Positions 16,922 through 26,213 of a stretch of 64,000 bases of DNA are shown here, piece after piece. This DNA comes from a virus (taxonomy: Duplodnaviria > Caudoviricetes), in IMG/VR virus record IMGVR_UViG_3300032233_002382, positions 64,001-128,000 of that record, one strand, 5' to 3'. Position 1 is the stretch's first letter, and each line of letters opens with the position of its first letter. A program made the translations under genes and the position numbers. Below the pieces are notes generated by a model. It was not told the DNA's origin and ran no database searches. It was given only the letters and a program-made list of their open reading frames with translations.

Positions 16922-17347
16922 ATGAGTATGGATTTATTTGAAAAAATTGCTAAAAGAATCGCTTCTAACTATAAGCGGCAGCGATTTACATGTAAGGGAA
17001 ATCGTTGGAAAGTGCCGGATCTGCTTAACTTCATCAAAGAGCAGGAGATAGAGCTCGTGATGTATCCGGTCGCTCCATTATATGAAAGAGTGTCAACCTC
17101 TCCTGAAGGATACTTCGACGAGCCCTTTGAGAGCCCCGAGTTTATCGAAAGAGCCATGAAGTCCGATTACAACACCTATCCGGTCGTACTCTTTGATCTT
17201 CCAGATAAAATCCGGATCGCTGACGGAAATCACCGGGTGTATAAGGCGTTCAAGGATGGGGCAGAATTCATCCCAGCATATGTATTATCTGAAGAGCAGG
17301 TATGGCAGGCCCCGCACGCTCCCGTAGAAGAATCTGCTTCAGATTAG
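16922..17347 (+). CDS. ParB/sulfiredoxin-like domain protein with KIAKRIA leader
   Basis: PVVL....IRIADGNHRVYKA...G.EFIPAYV motif. Confidence 0.75.
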   Translation: MSMDLFEKIAKRIASNYKRQRFTCKGNRWKVPDLLNFIKEQEIELVMYPVAPLYERVSTSPEGYFDEPFESPEFIERAMKSDYNTYPVVLFDLPDKIRIADGNHRVYKAFKDGAEFIPAYVLSEEQVWQAPHAPVEESASD

Positions 17348-17476
17348 GTAATTGTTTAAAAACCAATAATTATTTTGAAAATCACCCGAATGACTCAGGG
17401 CTGGGACATGTCTTGGGTTGTATTATGACTTAACGGAAATTTCCTGAAAACTTAGTTTCTTTTATGGGAGAATCAT

Positions 17477-18775
17477 ATGATCGAAAGATACGCGCAGCCT
17501 GAGATGACTGAAATCTTCTCGGACCGGACTAAGTTAGAGCTCATGATCTCGGTTGAGAAGGCTGCCGCCTCGGCGATGGCTTACAAGGGCCTAATCCCGG
17601 TTGATGCCGAGATTGCTATCAATAACTACAAGGTCGATTTCGACGATGCGCTCCAAAGAATTCCTGAGATCGAAAAAGAGACTCGGCACGACGTCCTGGC
17701 GGTTTTGAAGTACCTAGAGTCGAAGATCGGTCCTGAGGGAAGGTACCTTCACCGAGGGATGACGAGCTCTGATGTCCAGGATACCGTTCTAGCCATACAA
17801 CTCGTCCGGGCCGGGCGGATTATCTTGAAAGAGTCCAAGATTTTGAGGGATTTCCTTAAAGAAACTGCGATCAAGTACAAGAAGACTCCGTGCGTTGGAA
17901 GATCCCACGGAATGCACGCTGAGGTAACGACGTTTGGACTCAAGGTCCTCAGCTGGCATGGCTATGTTGCCAGGGCCCTCAAATTATTTGAAACGGCTCT
18001 GTCTGAAGTCGGTTATGGGAAGATATCGGGCGCCGTCGGAACTTATGCCCATCTGAGCCCTGAAGTCGAGGAATCAGCTTTATGGCGAATGGGTTTAAAG
18101 TGCCAATACCCTTCAACGCAAATTGTGCCGAGGGATCGGATAGCTAATTTGATGGCGGCGATGGCCTCGATGGGAAATGCGATTGAAGTAATTGCCCTGG
18201 AAATCCGCCATTTATCTCGAACGGAAGTTTCAGAGGTCGCAGAATCTTTTGCAAAGGGACAAATGGGCTCGAGTGCGATGCCCCACAAGAAGAATCCGAT
18301 TGTTTCGGAACAGATGTGTGGTTTAAATAGAATCCTTAAAGGATATCTAATACCGGCCTTTGAAGACGTTCCCCTCTGGCATGAAAGAGATATCTCCCAC
18401 TCCTCTGTAGAGAGATTGATTGTTCCAGACGCATTCCATATCTTGAAATACATGATCTCAAAGACAACTGGGATGGTTTTGAATTTAGTCGTGAATTCCG
18501 AAAGGATGGAGTCTAACCTAAGGATGACTCTTGGAAATATCTTTTCGGGATCGTTATTACTTAAAGTGTCCGATCGGGTCGGGCGGGACGAGGCCTACAC
18601 GTACGTTCAGCAGTTAGTGCATACCGAGTCGACCCATTCGCTTAATTTCCGAGTGAGGAAAGACGAGAAAATTATGGGGTGGCTGACCAAGGAGGAGATT
18701 GAAGAGGTGTTCAGTATATCTCACCATCTAAGACATGTCGATGAAATATTTGACCGAGCTCTGAGAGATGGCTAA
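17477..18775 (+). CDS. purB: Adenylosuccinate lyase
   Basis: HDVLA, HRGMTSSDVQDT, GRSHGMHAE, ISGAVGT, SSAMPHKKNPIVSE signature, WHERDISHSSVER. Confidence 0.95.
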   Translation: MIERYAQPEMTEIFSDRTKLELMISVEKAAASAMAYKGLIPVDAEIAINNYKVDFDDALQRIPEIEKETRHDVLAVLKYLESKIGPEGRYLHRGMTSSDVQDTVLAIQLVRAGRIILKESKILRDFLKETAIKYKKTPCVGRSHGMHAEVTTFGLKVLSWHGYVARALKLFETALSEVGYGKISGAVGTYAHLSPEVEESALWRMGLKCQYPSTQIVPRDRIANLMAAMASMGNAIEVIALEIRHLSRTEVSEVAESFAKGQMGSSAMPHKKNPIVSEQMCGLNRILKGYLIPAFEDVPLWHERDISHSSVERLIVPDAFHILKYMISKTTGMVLNLVVNSERMESNLRMTLGNIFSGSLLLKVSDRVGRDEAYTYVQQLVHTESTHSLNFRVRKDEKIMGWLTKEEIEEVFSISHHLRHVDEIFDRALRDG

Positions 18776-19139
18776 ACCAAACATGCTTAAAATGAGTTGC
18801 ACGATTCAAGATGGGTGGGGTTATGTCGAATTTTCCAAGCGGGCCGCATATGAGACCCAAGAGCTCATAAGAGATTGTATCCACGAGCAATCTAAGTTCG
18901 GCTATGGGATGGCGACCGTTCACCGTCTTTCCCGTATGTATATGGAACTGGATAAATCCACGAACCTCGAAATGCTGTCGAGGGAAGACTTGGATTGTCT
19001 CAGGAAGTGCCTTCCGACTGTTGAAATTGAAAACCAAATGAACTGGTTCTATCGGGCGAATTTCTTTAAGCCAGATCAGGGGAAGTTCAAAGAGGCCAGT
19101 CAGATTTGCAAATCAATGTTCTCGATTCATGAGGAATAA
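18768..19139 (+). CDS. Hypothetical protein, possible C-terminal tag (...SMFSIHEE)
   Basis: Overlapping start with purB; 123 aa. Confidence 0.65.
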   Translation: MAKPNMLKMSCTIQDGWGYVEFSKRAAYETQELIRDCIHEQSKFGYGMATVHRLSRMYMELDKSTNLEMLSREDLDCLRKCLPTVEIENQMNWFYRANFFKPDQGKFKEASQICKSMFSIHEE

Positions 19140-19294
19140 CGAGACAGTCTCACTAAACGATTGTTCATTTTGAGACATTAATTCGTTCGAAAAACAAATC
19201 TCTGTCTAAGTATATGGCAGAGATTTTCACAGTATATGGCATATATTTCGTCAATGTGTGGCATATATTTTAACAACATAACGGATAAATCGCT

Positions 19295-19588
19295 GTGTTG
19301 AAGGAATTTAAACAGGCATTCCTACAAGCGTTCGTTGAAACCGTCGTTCGGGGTTATCCGGAGAAATCTAGATTCAAGAAGGTCAAATTGGAAGATAGAT
19401 CCTGGAGCGTTTGGATACTCGAGACCAAAGAGGGGATGCAGCTCCTCTCTGTCCAGGGCTATATCGACGATGCAATTCCGGAAGACGGCTCGTTTATTGG
19501 CGCGTTTGAATTGTGTGGCAATCTTACTGAAGTCGAAGCGGACCAGATGATGGATCGAATTGCTAAAGAGAGATCTGCAAGCCCCTAA
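19295..19588 (+). CDS. Hypothetical protein
   Basis: 97-aa ORF with protein-like composition; no clear RBS. Confidence 0.45.
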   Translation: MLKEFKQAFLQAFVETVVRGYPEKSRFKKVKLEDRSWSVWILETKEGMQLLSVQGYIDDAIPEDGSFIGAFELCGNLTEVEADQMMDRIAKERSASP

Positions 19589-19589
19589 A

Positions 19590-20440
19590 ATCCCGAAAAG
19601 AGAATATAATACCTATACGGGGCCGTTCAAACGTATATTTGATTTTTTACGGGTTTCGAGGTTTTTACGGGTTTCGAGGGTTTTGCAGGTTTTCTCCGTA
19701 TTTAGTTTCGAGGTTTATCCAGGTTCCCGAGTCATTTGCGAGGTTTTACGATTGATGGGGGGGGGTTGTGCAGGTTTACGAGGGAGTGATGGGTTACGGA
19801 GGGTTTATGGGATTCCAGATTGCTTTACAGGGTTCCGGATATTTATAAAATTTCGTGAATTTGATGTGATATAACCGGATTGAGTATTGTCCGGTATGAG
19901 AGCCCGGTTTACCTTGACTCCCGATCCCGTACAATTTCGTCTTATGCTAAACGAATTTCCTCCACGTTCCTCCCGTAAGCTTCCCGTTTTGGAGTTAGAA
20001 CCCCGTAACGTCTTCTTTAATCTATCTCGTTCCGAAGTCCTTTTAAGCGGTTTCGGAACCGTTTCGGTTTCTCGTACCGATTCAACCCCGTTTCGTCCTT
20101 CCTGTGTTGTCCGAAGGGTGTTCCTTGCCTTTCCTAGGGGGTCTCGATTCGACTTGATTATCGAGTTCGTCGGTAAGACTTCCCGCAAATTAATATAATT
20201 ATTATATCGGCTAAATGAGGCCCATATAGTGTGGCGCTTCCGACGTTTTCGGAATTCTAAGTGTCTAATTTATCGATGAGACCCTAATAAGCCGTGGAAA
20301 CGGATCCGATCGATTTTGACGAATTCGTGAACCGCCGTTCATACCTGAACGAAAGTTCATGATAAAATTGTTACCCGATATCTATATACCGTTCATTTAT
20401 CCGATCTTCCGAAGCCGTTTACACTTTTACTAAGATCTCA
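19590..20440. other. Largely non-coding, strand-skewed, low-complexity region with short repeats
   Basis: G/T-rich tract with repeated GTTTCGAGG (TTTTACGGGTTTCGAGG in tandem), then a C/T-rich tract; ORFs here look non-protein-like. Confidence 0.6.
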
Positions 20441-20445
20441 TCGAT

Positions 20446-21372
20446 ATGAGCTTAATTGAAAAGATCGCTTCTCGAATTTCACGTTTAGCCGCCTTGGTTG
20501 AAATCGTCGATTTAAGTCAGATGAAGCATCCAGAGGATCTTGATAACATTCAGATCTTCGAGAAATCCGACCCCAAGTACGATTCGGTTTTTAAATTCTT
20601 CGAGACCTTTGACATCCCCGTTAGCGTCTTCCGCGTCACCCAGACGGTCCCCGGATATTTTAACAAGACCCCAGCCGAATTCCTCGAGACCATCCGGAAG
20701 ATCCACAATCCGAACGCCATCAACGTTATCCACACCGAAACCGCCGATATGTCTCCCGGATGGGTCGCACACGACTTATTCCACGTCTTACTGGAGCGCA
20801 ACCCCGATCACGACATTCTCGCGGGCGTCATAGGCGATAACGTTTTGGCGGGTTTACTCGATCTAGATCAGTGGCGCTCTGAATTTGATCGAGCATTCCG
20901 CAAGGATTTTGCCACCGCTTTATCCGAATATTCCGAAGGCGCCGACATTGAAACCGGTCCAATATCCGACATGGTTATGCGGTACATTTCGGACACACGT
21001 CTCAAGAATAAGTTGGTCTCAGTCAAGCTCAATCAAGACACCGATATGTACCCAGATCTCTTCATAAGTTGGGTCCTAAGGAACGGTCAATATCGTTCGG
21101 TTCCTCTCCGGTACGTCTCGACCTATCTCAATAAATTCGATAACTCCGAAGGTGTGGAACTCGGGAACACTTCGAATCCTGTATTCTATGAAGTAACAGT
21201 CGGATTTAATAAAGGGCGCGATGCCTACGGCTATCTTGGAGCCTTTAAGATACTTCCAGACGATCCATCACTTCCCGCACTGACCGAGACTCTCGATCGG
21301 TTTAATCGGACCGCTTACGACACAGTTCGAAGCAATTTCCAACGTTTCATCGGTCGTGACTTCATCGTTTAA
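20446..21372 (+). CDS. Hypothetical protein with KIASRISRLAA leader
   Basis: 308-aa ORF; internal HDLFH motif. Confidence 0.75.
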   Translation: MSLIEKIASRISRLAALVEIVDLSQMKHPEDLDNIQIFEKSDPKYDSVFKFFETFDIPVSVFRVTQTVPGYFNKTPAEFLETIRKIHNPNAINVIHTETADMSPGWVAHDLFHVLLERNPDHDILAGVIGDNVLAGLLDLDQWRSEFDRAFRKDFATALSEYSEGADIETGPISDMVMRYISDTRLKNKLVSVKLNQDTDMYPDLFISWVLRNGQYRSVPLRYVSTYLNKFDNSEGVELGNTSNPVFYEVTVGFNKGRDAYGYLGAFKILPDDPSLPALTETLDRFNRTAYDTVRSNFQRFIGRDFIV

Positions 21373-21381
21373 GGATTCGAC

Positions 21382-22260
21382 TTGACCTCCCCAGATTCGT
21401 CCTCGATCGCGAAGGTTCAGCAGAATCTTCAGCGGATCCAAGCCTTTAACGATTACATATACAATAACGGCGGTTCCTATATCGCCAATTGTTACTTGCT
21501 TCTGACCGCTCAGGACGACCATGACCCCGGTCTCCAAGTCGGCATCGATCTTCTCGAGGGTGCTTTCGGCGTCGTCGGATCCTTCGGCGCGTTCGGCGGT
21601 TTCGCCGCCTGTTTTATGTGCGCTGAGGTCTCCGCCTGGACCTCAGATACTCCCCCGAACCTAAATTCGACTTTCGCCGACATGACCACACGGTTCCAGA
21701 AGTCGTCGATGGCTTTCGACTATAAGTGCGCTTTATATGCTTCCGATCCGGTCACTTATTGGGATAAGACCTTCACTTGGAACGGTCAGACCATCACGCT
21801 TGGCGATCTCGCCACAATCGACTTTCCAGCCGAATCTGACCCGCAGTTCTTCCCGATGGCCGAGGCCTCTCTCGAGTCCCTTGATATCACCATATGGAAG
21901 ACCGTCCTTCGGCAAAATTGTTGGCTAACCCTTTGGCTCACGAACGGGGCACCAGAGAAGCTGTATGTCGATGATATCCTAGCCTGGGATGAGAATTATA
22001 TAGCTCTCCATCCCGCATGGTACTGCACATGGGAATGGCATAATAAGTCCGGTCTCTTCGACTCTTCCTATTGGGCCGTTAAGGAATGGAACCTGAATTT
22101 CGGGTCGGGTCGATATAAGGCTAATAACGTCCCGGATGCTGCCTGCGATTATCTCTTCACAGACTCTTCGGACGGACACGTCATAAATCCGGAAGGTCTC
22201 GCTTCCCGCCGTGATGTTTTTGAAAAATGGGGAATCCGAACCGACATCGTGTCCGAATGA
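21382..22260 (+). CDS. Hypothetical Trp-rich protein with a Gly-rich hydrophobic segment
   Basis: 292-aa ORF with TTG start after AAGGA. Confidence 0.7.
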   Translation: MTSPDSSSIAKVQQNLQRIQAFNDYIYNNGGSYIANCYLLLTAQDDHDPGLQVGIDLLEGAFGVVGSFGAFGGFAACFMCAEVSAWTSDTPPNLNSTFADMTTRFQKSSMAFDYKCALYASDPVTYWDKTFTWNGQTITLGDLATIDFPAESDPQFFPMAEASLESLDITIWKTVLRQNCWLTLWLTNGAPEKLYVDDILAWDENYIALHPAWYCTWEWHNKSGLFDSSYWAVKEWNLNFGSGRYKANNVPDAACDYLFTDSSDGHVINPEGLASRRDVFEKWGIRTDIVSE

Positions 22261-22306
22261 TATCGATTTTCGCGTCTTAATTTGTATATATACTTAGGAG
22301 ACCCTT

Positions 22307-23005
22307 ATGGACCTAAAGAATGTCGCAAACCGCATCGCGAGATCCGGACACACGGCTGGTATCCTAGACGACGCATACGCCTCAATATATCGGGTCCTAA
22401 GCGGAAAACCCTCAGACTCTCAGATTAAGAGCACCCTCAAGGACTTCGCCACGAGTCTTGATGAGGCTCTAGGCGACCTTTGCAATAAGGTCTTTAAAAC
22501 CTACGCCGATCTCGATCGAGCAGGTCACGGCATTATGGTGACTTATAAAGACATTAAGTCGGGTTACCAACCTCACGATCGGATCAAAGACTATACTTCC
22601 TATCTCGCAAAATCCTTTAGAGAGTTTAGAGAAGCCAGCGAAGCCTTAACCAGGGCGGTTTCTGAGGTGCAAAAATCGCCGGTCCTTGCGGAGATGAAAG
22701 ATAAAGCCTCCCACGATAACCGCTTTAAAACCATAGTCAAGGCGGTTGAGTCGATCAAGTTCCCGTCAATCGATGACTCTGAAGCTTACGGAGTTCGACC
22801 AAGCCAGTCACTCCCTAACGATTTGTCGATCGGCAAGATCTACGACAATATTGAAGTCGCTTATTCTTGGTACACCAACTGCCTGCAGCCTGGGAAATCT
22901 ATACCAAACCAAGCCAACGACATGGTAAAGAAGATACAGTCGACCATTGAGAGTCTACCTAGGGTGATCGATTCAGTCAAATTCGTACCTGGCCGAAACC
23001 AGTAG
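22307..23005 (+). CDS. Hypothetical protein with NVANRIA leader
   Basis: AGGAG RBS; 232 aa; helical. Confidence 0.75.
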   Translation: MDLKNVANRIARSGHTAGILDDAYASIYRVLSGKPSDSQIKSTLKDFATSLDEALGDLCNKVFKTYADLDRAGHGIMVTYKDIKSGYQPHDRIKDYTSYLAKSFREFREASEALTRAVSEVQKSPVLAEMKDKASHDNRFKTIVKAVESIKFPSIDDSEAYGVRPSQSLPNDLSIGKIYDNIEVAYSWYTNCLQPGKSIPNQANDMVKKIQSTIESLPRVIDSVKFVPGRNQ

Positions 23006-23059
23006 GCTCACCAGATCAAGGCAGGTCACAATTCTGATTTGACCGGTGTATTCTGAATC

Positions 23060-23254
23060 ATGCGACACATACTATCTGTAGCTGCTGTCATACTGATGTG
23101 TGATACTGATCCGAAGACGTGCTCGGACTGTATCGATTTCTGTCATCCCGCCACCTTAAAGCAGTGTCTGCCGTACAATGGCGGCGTCACCTGCGTATGT
23201 AATGACGACGCATTTCGGAAGCCGGACATCAAGCCGAAATTACCGGTCAGATAG
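23060..23254 (+). CDS. Small Cys-rich, possibly secreted or lipid-anchored protein
   Basis: Hydrophobic N-terminus then 7 Cys in 64 aa. Confidence 0.45.
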   Translation: MRHILSVAAVILMCDTDPKTCSDCIDFCHPATLKQCLPYNGGVTCVCNDDAFRKPDIKPKLPVR

Positions 23255-23644
23255 ACTCGCCGCGATTGCCTTCTTGAATTTAGTGGTTGACCATCCGTGT
23301 GATCGGTCCATGTATACTATCTTCCCACAATATTCTTGACCAGTAGCATATTTCCCTATATAGTCATCTCCTAATATCCGGATGTCGAACATATGGTGTT
23401 TCATAATAGCATATAGATCTGCTTCCGTATCATATTCAATTACTTCATCTATATGGCGTATAGATAGTAGCATCATCTTTCGATCGTTAAGTGATAGTAT
23501 AGGAGGCAGTTTTTCCGGACGTTCATATGATGGATCGTTATGTAATGCAATGGTCAAATGGTCACAATGAGCTTTTGCCTCTCGGAACATGTGGATATAT
23601 CCGGGATGCAAAACGTCAAAATTACCGGCAATTATACCTTTCAT
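23240..23644 (-). CDS. Cytidylyltransferase-family nucleotidyltransferase (TagD-like)
   Basis: GNFDVLHPGYI (HxGH variant), LGDDY, RSHGWSTT. Confidence 0.85.
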   Translation of the reverse strand: MKGIIAGNFDVLHPGYIHMFREAKAHCDHLTIALHNDPSYERPEKLPPILSLNDRKMMLLSIRHIDEVIEYDTEADLYAIMKHHMFDIRILGDDYIGKYATGQEYCGKIVYMDRSHGWSTTKFKKAIAASLSDR

Positions 23645-23684
23645 TGTTTGTCCTCTGTAGAGTATTAAAACCCAGGAGAATTAA

Positions 23685-24203
23685 ATGATCCTAGCAGACT
23701 GGATTTCAGAGAATACCGAAAACACGAAAGTTACGGTAGAATTCGGGTCCATGTTTTTTGATAAATTAAGTCATAGCCAGTCTTTAAAGAAGATAGGAAT
23801 AGAAATTCATAAGCCATACATAGATCGAGCTAAATATTTTGATTGTTTAAAAATATGCGGGGACTTTAAGAACTTTGAAGACTATATCGCGGAATCTGAT
23901 ATGGACGTGGCTATGTTTATCGATACCTTAGAACATTTAAACCGATCGGAAGCTTTCGAGCTCATGAGTCGTGTGATGCAGAAATTTAAAAAAGTCATTC
24001 TAATGATTCCAGAGGGTTTGCATGAGCAACATCACGACCATTTTAACCTTGGAGCAGACAAACATCAGACACATCGAAGTACATGGTTCCGTGATGATGT
24101 TGAAGCCCTAGGATTCTCGAATATCGTAGTCGACCCTATTTTCCATCGTGGATCAAAGTCTCCAGGTTGTATCTTCGCAGTTTGGGAGAAACAGCGTGCT
24201 TGA
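23685..24203 (+). CDS. SAM-dependent methyltransferase-like protein
   Basis: VEFGS, IGIEIH, DVAMFIDTLEHL motifs. Confidence 0.7.
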   Translation: MILADWISENTENTKVTVEFGSMFFDKLSHSQSLKKIGIEIHKPYIDRAKYFDCLKICGDFKNFEDYIAESDMDVAMFIDTLEHLNRSEAFELMSRVMQKFKKVILMIPEGLHEQHHDHFNLGADKHQTHRSTWFRDDVEALGFSNIVVDPIFHRGSKSPGCIFAVWEKQRA

Positions 24204-25128
24204 TTTGACTTCAGTGCCGCATTTTAGGTTTGCAGTTAAAAAGCACGGTGCTCCGATAATATATGATTCAGGAACATCTTGGAAGTTAACTAGTATCCCA
24301 AAGGAGGCTCACTTCTATTGGGGATCTTCCTCTATGCCATTTTTAAGAGCTATGACTATAGTATCATTCGCTAAACACAATCCTGATTGGTCCATTAATC
24401 TGTATATTCCATCAGCGGTTAACAATAAAGGTAGCAACGGGTACAATATTGAAGCATCCAGTCTATCGATCGACGATAGTATCGCAGAAGTCATATCGAT
24501 TCCGAACTGCACCATCTGGAAAACGGATTGTTTACTGGAAAAATCCGCAAACATGACCGAAGTCCAGAAATCAGATTTAATTAGATGGGCTTTATTAAGC
24601 CATGTTGGCGGAGCTTGGTTTGATATGGATATATTATTCCTAAATCCGATAGGGTCTATCTATTTCAATACAGCTGAGAATTCATCGACTGATACAGTAG
24701 TATGCTTCGATCATCGACATGGGGGAGAGATGTTATATGGCGCTTTATTCTCATCGGTTAATAATAGGTTCTTCTTAGATTTATTCTCGCGTTGTGTCCT
24801 TAATGATGACTTGCATAACCATTTCTCGCTGGGCGCCCGGATGATAAAGAATTTGGGTATCACCGCTTCTACAATTAATGATCTTTATCGCGGCTTGAGT
24901 ATAGTGTCTATGAATTTAGATAGTTTTTACTTAAAAAGTTATAAGGAAATGCGAACCGTCCACGAGCAGAATTGTTTTCATGAATATCTTAACCGACAGT
25001 GTATCGGAATACACTGGTTTGGTGGACTGACCATGTCTGCGGAATCAATACGGAGAATTACTAAACAAAACTACGATGACTTCGACGACACTTTATGTAA
25101 GGCAATTAGTCATACTATGAGAGCATAG
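24148..25128 (+). CDS. Glycosyltransferase, DXD/GT32-like (likely start GTG 24196)
   Basis: HFYWG, KSDLIRWALL..VGGAWFDMDILFL. Confidence 0.8.
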   Translation: MDQSLQVVSSQFGRNSVLDLTSVPHFRFAVKKHGAPIIYDSGTSWKLTSIPKEAHFYWGSSSMPFLRAMTIVSFAKHNPDWSINLYIPSAVNNKGSNGYNIEASSLSIDDSIAEVISIPNCTIWKTDCLLEKSANMTEVQKSDLIRWALLSHVGGAWFDMDILFLNPIGSIYFNTAENSSTDTVVCFDHRHGGEMLYGALFSSVNNRFFLDLFSRCVLNDDLHNHFSLGARMIKNLGITASTINDLYRGLSIVSMNLDSFYLKSYKEMRTVHEQNCFHEYLNRQCIGIHWFGGLTMSAESIRRITKQNYDDFDDTLCKAISHTMRA

Positions 25129-25174
25129 CTAATTTATTCAGGTAAGCATATAAATGAAAGGTGTTTGGACTTGC

Positions 25175-25990
25175 TCACACAGACCGCGTAATGCATTTGA
25201 ACGATCCCCAATCTCTACCTTGATTAGCCACCAGTGTGTTAGAATCCCTAAACAAAGCGAACAGTTTATCGTTTAAGGGTAATTTAGACCAGTGGCTACG
25301 TGGATGACATAGATGAAGCCCCGATATCTCTTCATCTAGTATTAGCTCCACTCCAGAGAGTCTCACGCGACGAATGAAATCATCGTCCTCATATCCTTGT
25401 CCGTTCATGAATAGCTCTTCAATTCCTTGGATCGCAACGAAATCCTGTTTACGCATGGCTCCGAGGAAGTATGCACAATCCCTCCAATTTGATCTATTGC
25501 ATACGGCTTCTCCGCATTTAATCGAGTATTTAGACTTCAGGAAGGTGCTCGAGAAATCCGTGGATATGAACGGTTTGACATTTTCTGCTGGTTGTTCGTT
25601 TATCCACGCATAAACGAATTTCTTTTTTCCGTCTTTAAACTGGTTTTTTATTTGTTCAACATTCGTAGTTGCGTTTACGACTTCTGGTGATGTTAGTACT
25701 ATTATGTCGCCTTTAGCTTTACGGACCGCGATGTTTTGCTGTAGTGCTGGATTAATTTTTTCTAATGAATGAGTTAGCTTCAAATCAATTAGTTTATGAT
25801 CTACAAAGTGTAACTGAATTTGTAGACCCAATTCTCGGTATTTTTTGACTAGAGCGCATATAGGTGCTGTATCTGAGGAATTATCGGCGATAACCACCTC
25901 GAAATCTTTATCCGTTTGGTTTGCTAGCGATGATAAATTGATTTCGAAAAGGTCCGTTCGGTCTTTATGCGCTATACAATAGCTTATCAT
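25175..25990 (-). CDS. Glycosyltransferase family 2 (paralog 1)
   Basis: FEVVIADN, N.A...A.GDIIV, G.EE.F..G.GYEDDDF.RR. Confidence 0.85.
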   Translation of the reverse strand: MISYCIAHKDRTDLFEINLSSLANQTDKDFEVVIADNSSDTAPICALVKKYRELGLQIQLHFVDHKLIDLKLTHSLEKINPALQQNIAVRKAKGDIIVLTSPEVVNATTNVEQIKNQFKDGKKKFVYAWINEQPAENVKPFISTDFSSTFLKSKYSIKCGEAVCNRSNWRDCAYFLGAMRKQDFVAIQGIEELFMNGQGYEDDDFIRRVRLSGVELILDEEISGLHLCHPRSHWSKLPLNDKLFALFRDSNTLVANQGRDWGSFKCITRSV

Positions 25991-26213
25991 TTTCCGGACC
26001 CTCTTTCGAATTACCGAGTCAATTTAACAGACAGAATATCTAGAAGAGTTTTAACGAAGTCCGAAATGATCTTACAGGATTAATATGCACGCCTAAGTCG
26101 CCTGCTCAAGCATAGGTGTTTGGTTTTAACGAGCGCGCACACAAGAGGTAAAACGGGTACGGTTCTGATAAATTATTGTTAATTTACTCCATAAAAATAC
26201 AACAGGGGATATC

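Noticed and set aside
19560-20198. ORFs 19560..19874, 19805..20188 and 19887..20198
   Set aside because: Products reflect nucleotide skew (F/R/V/G- or R/N/T-rich) and have no RBS.
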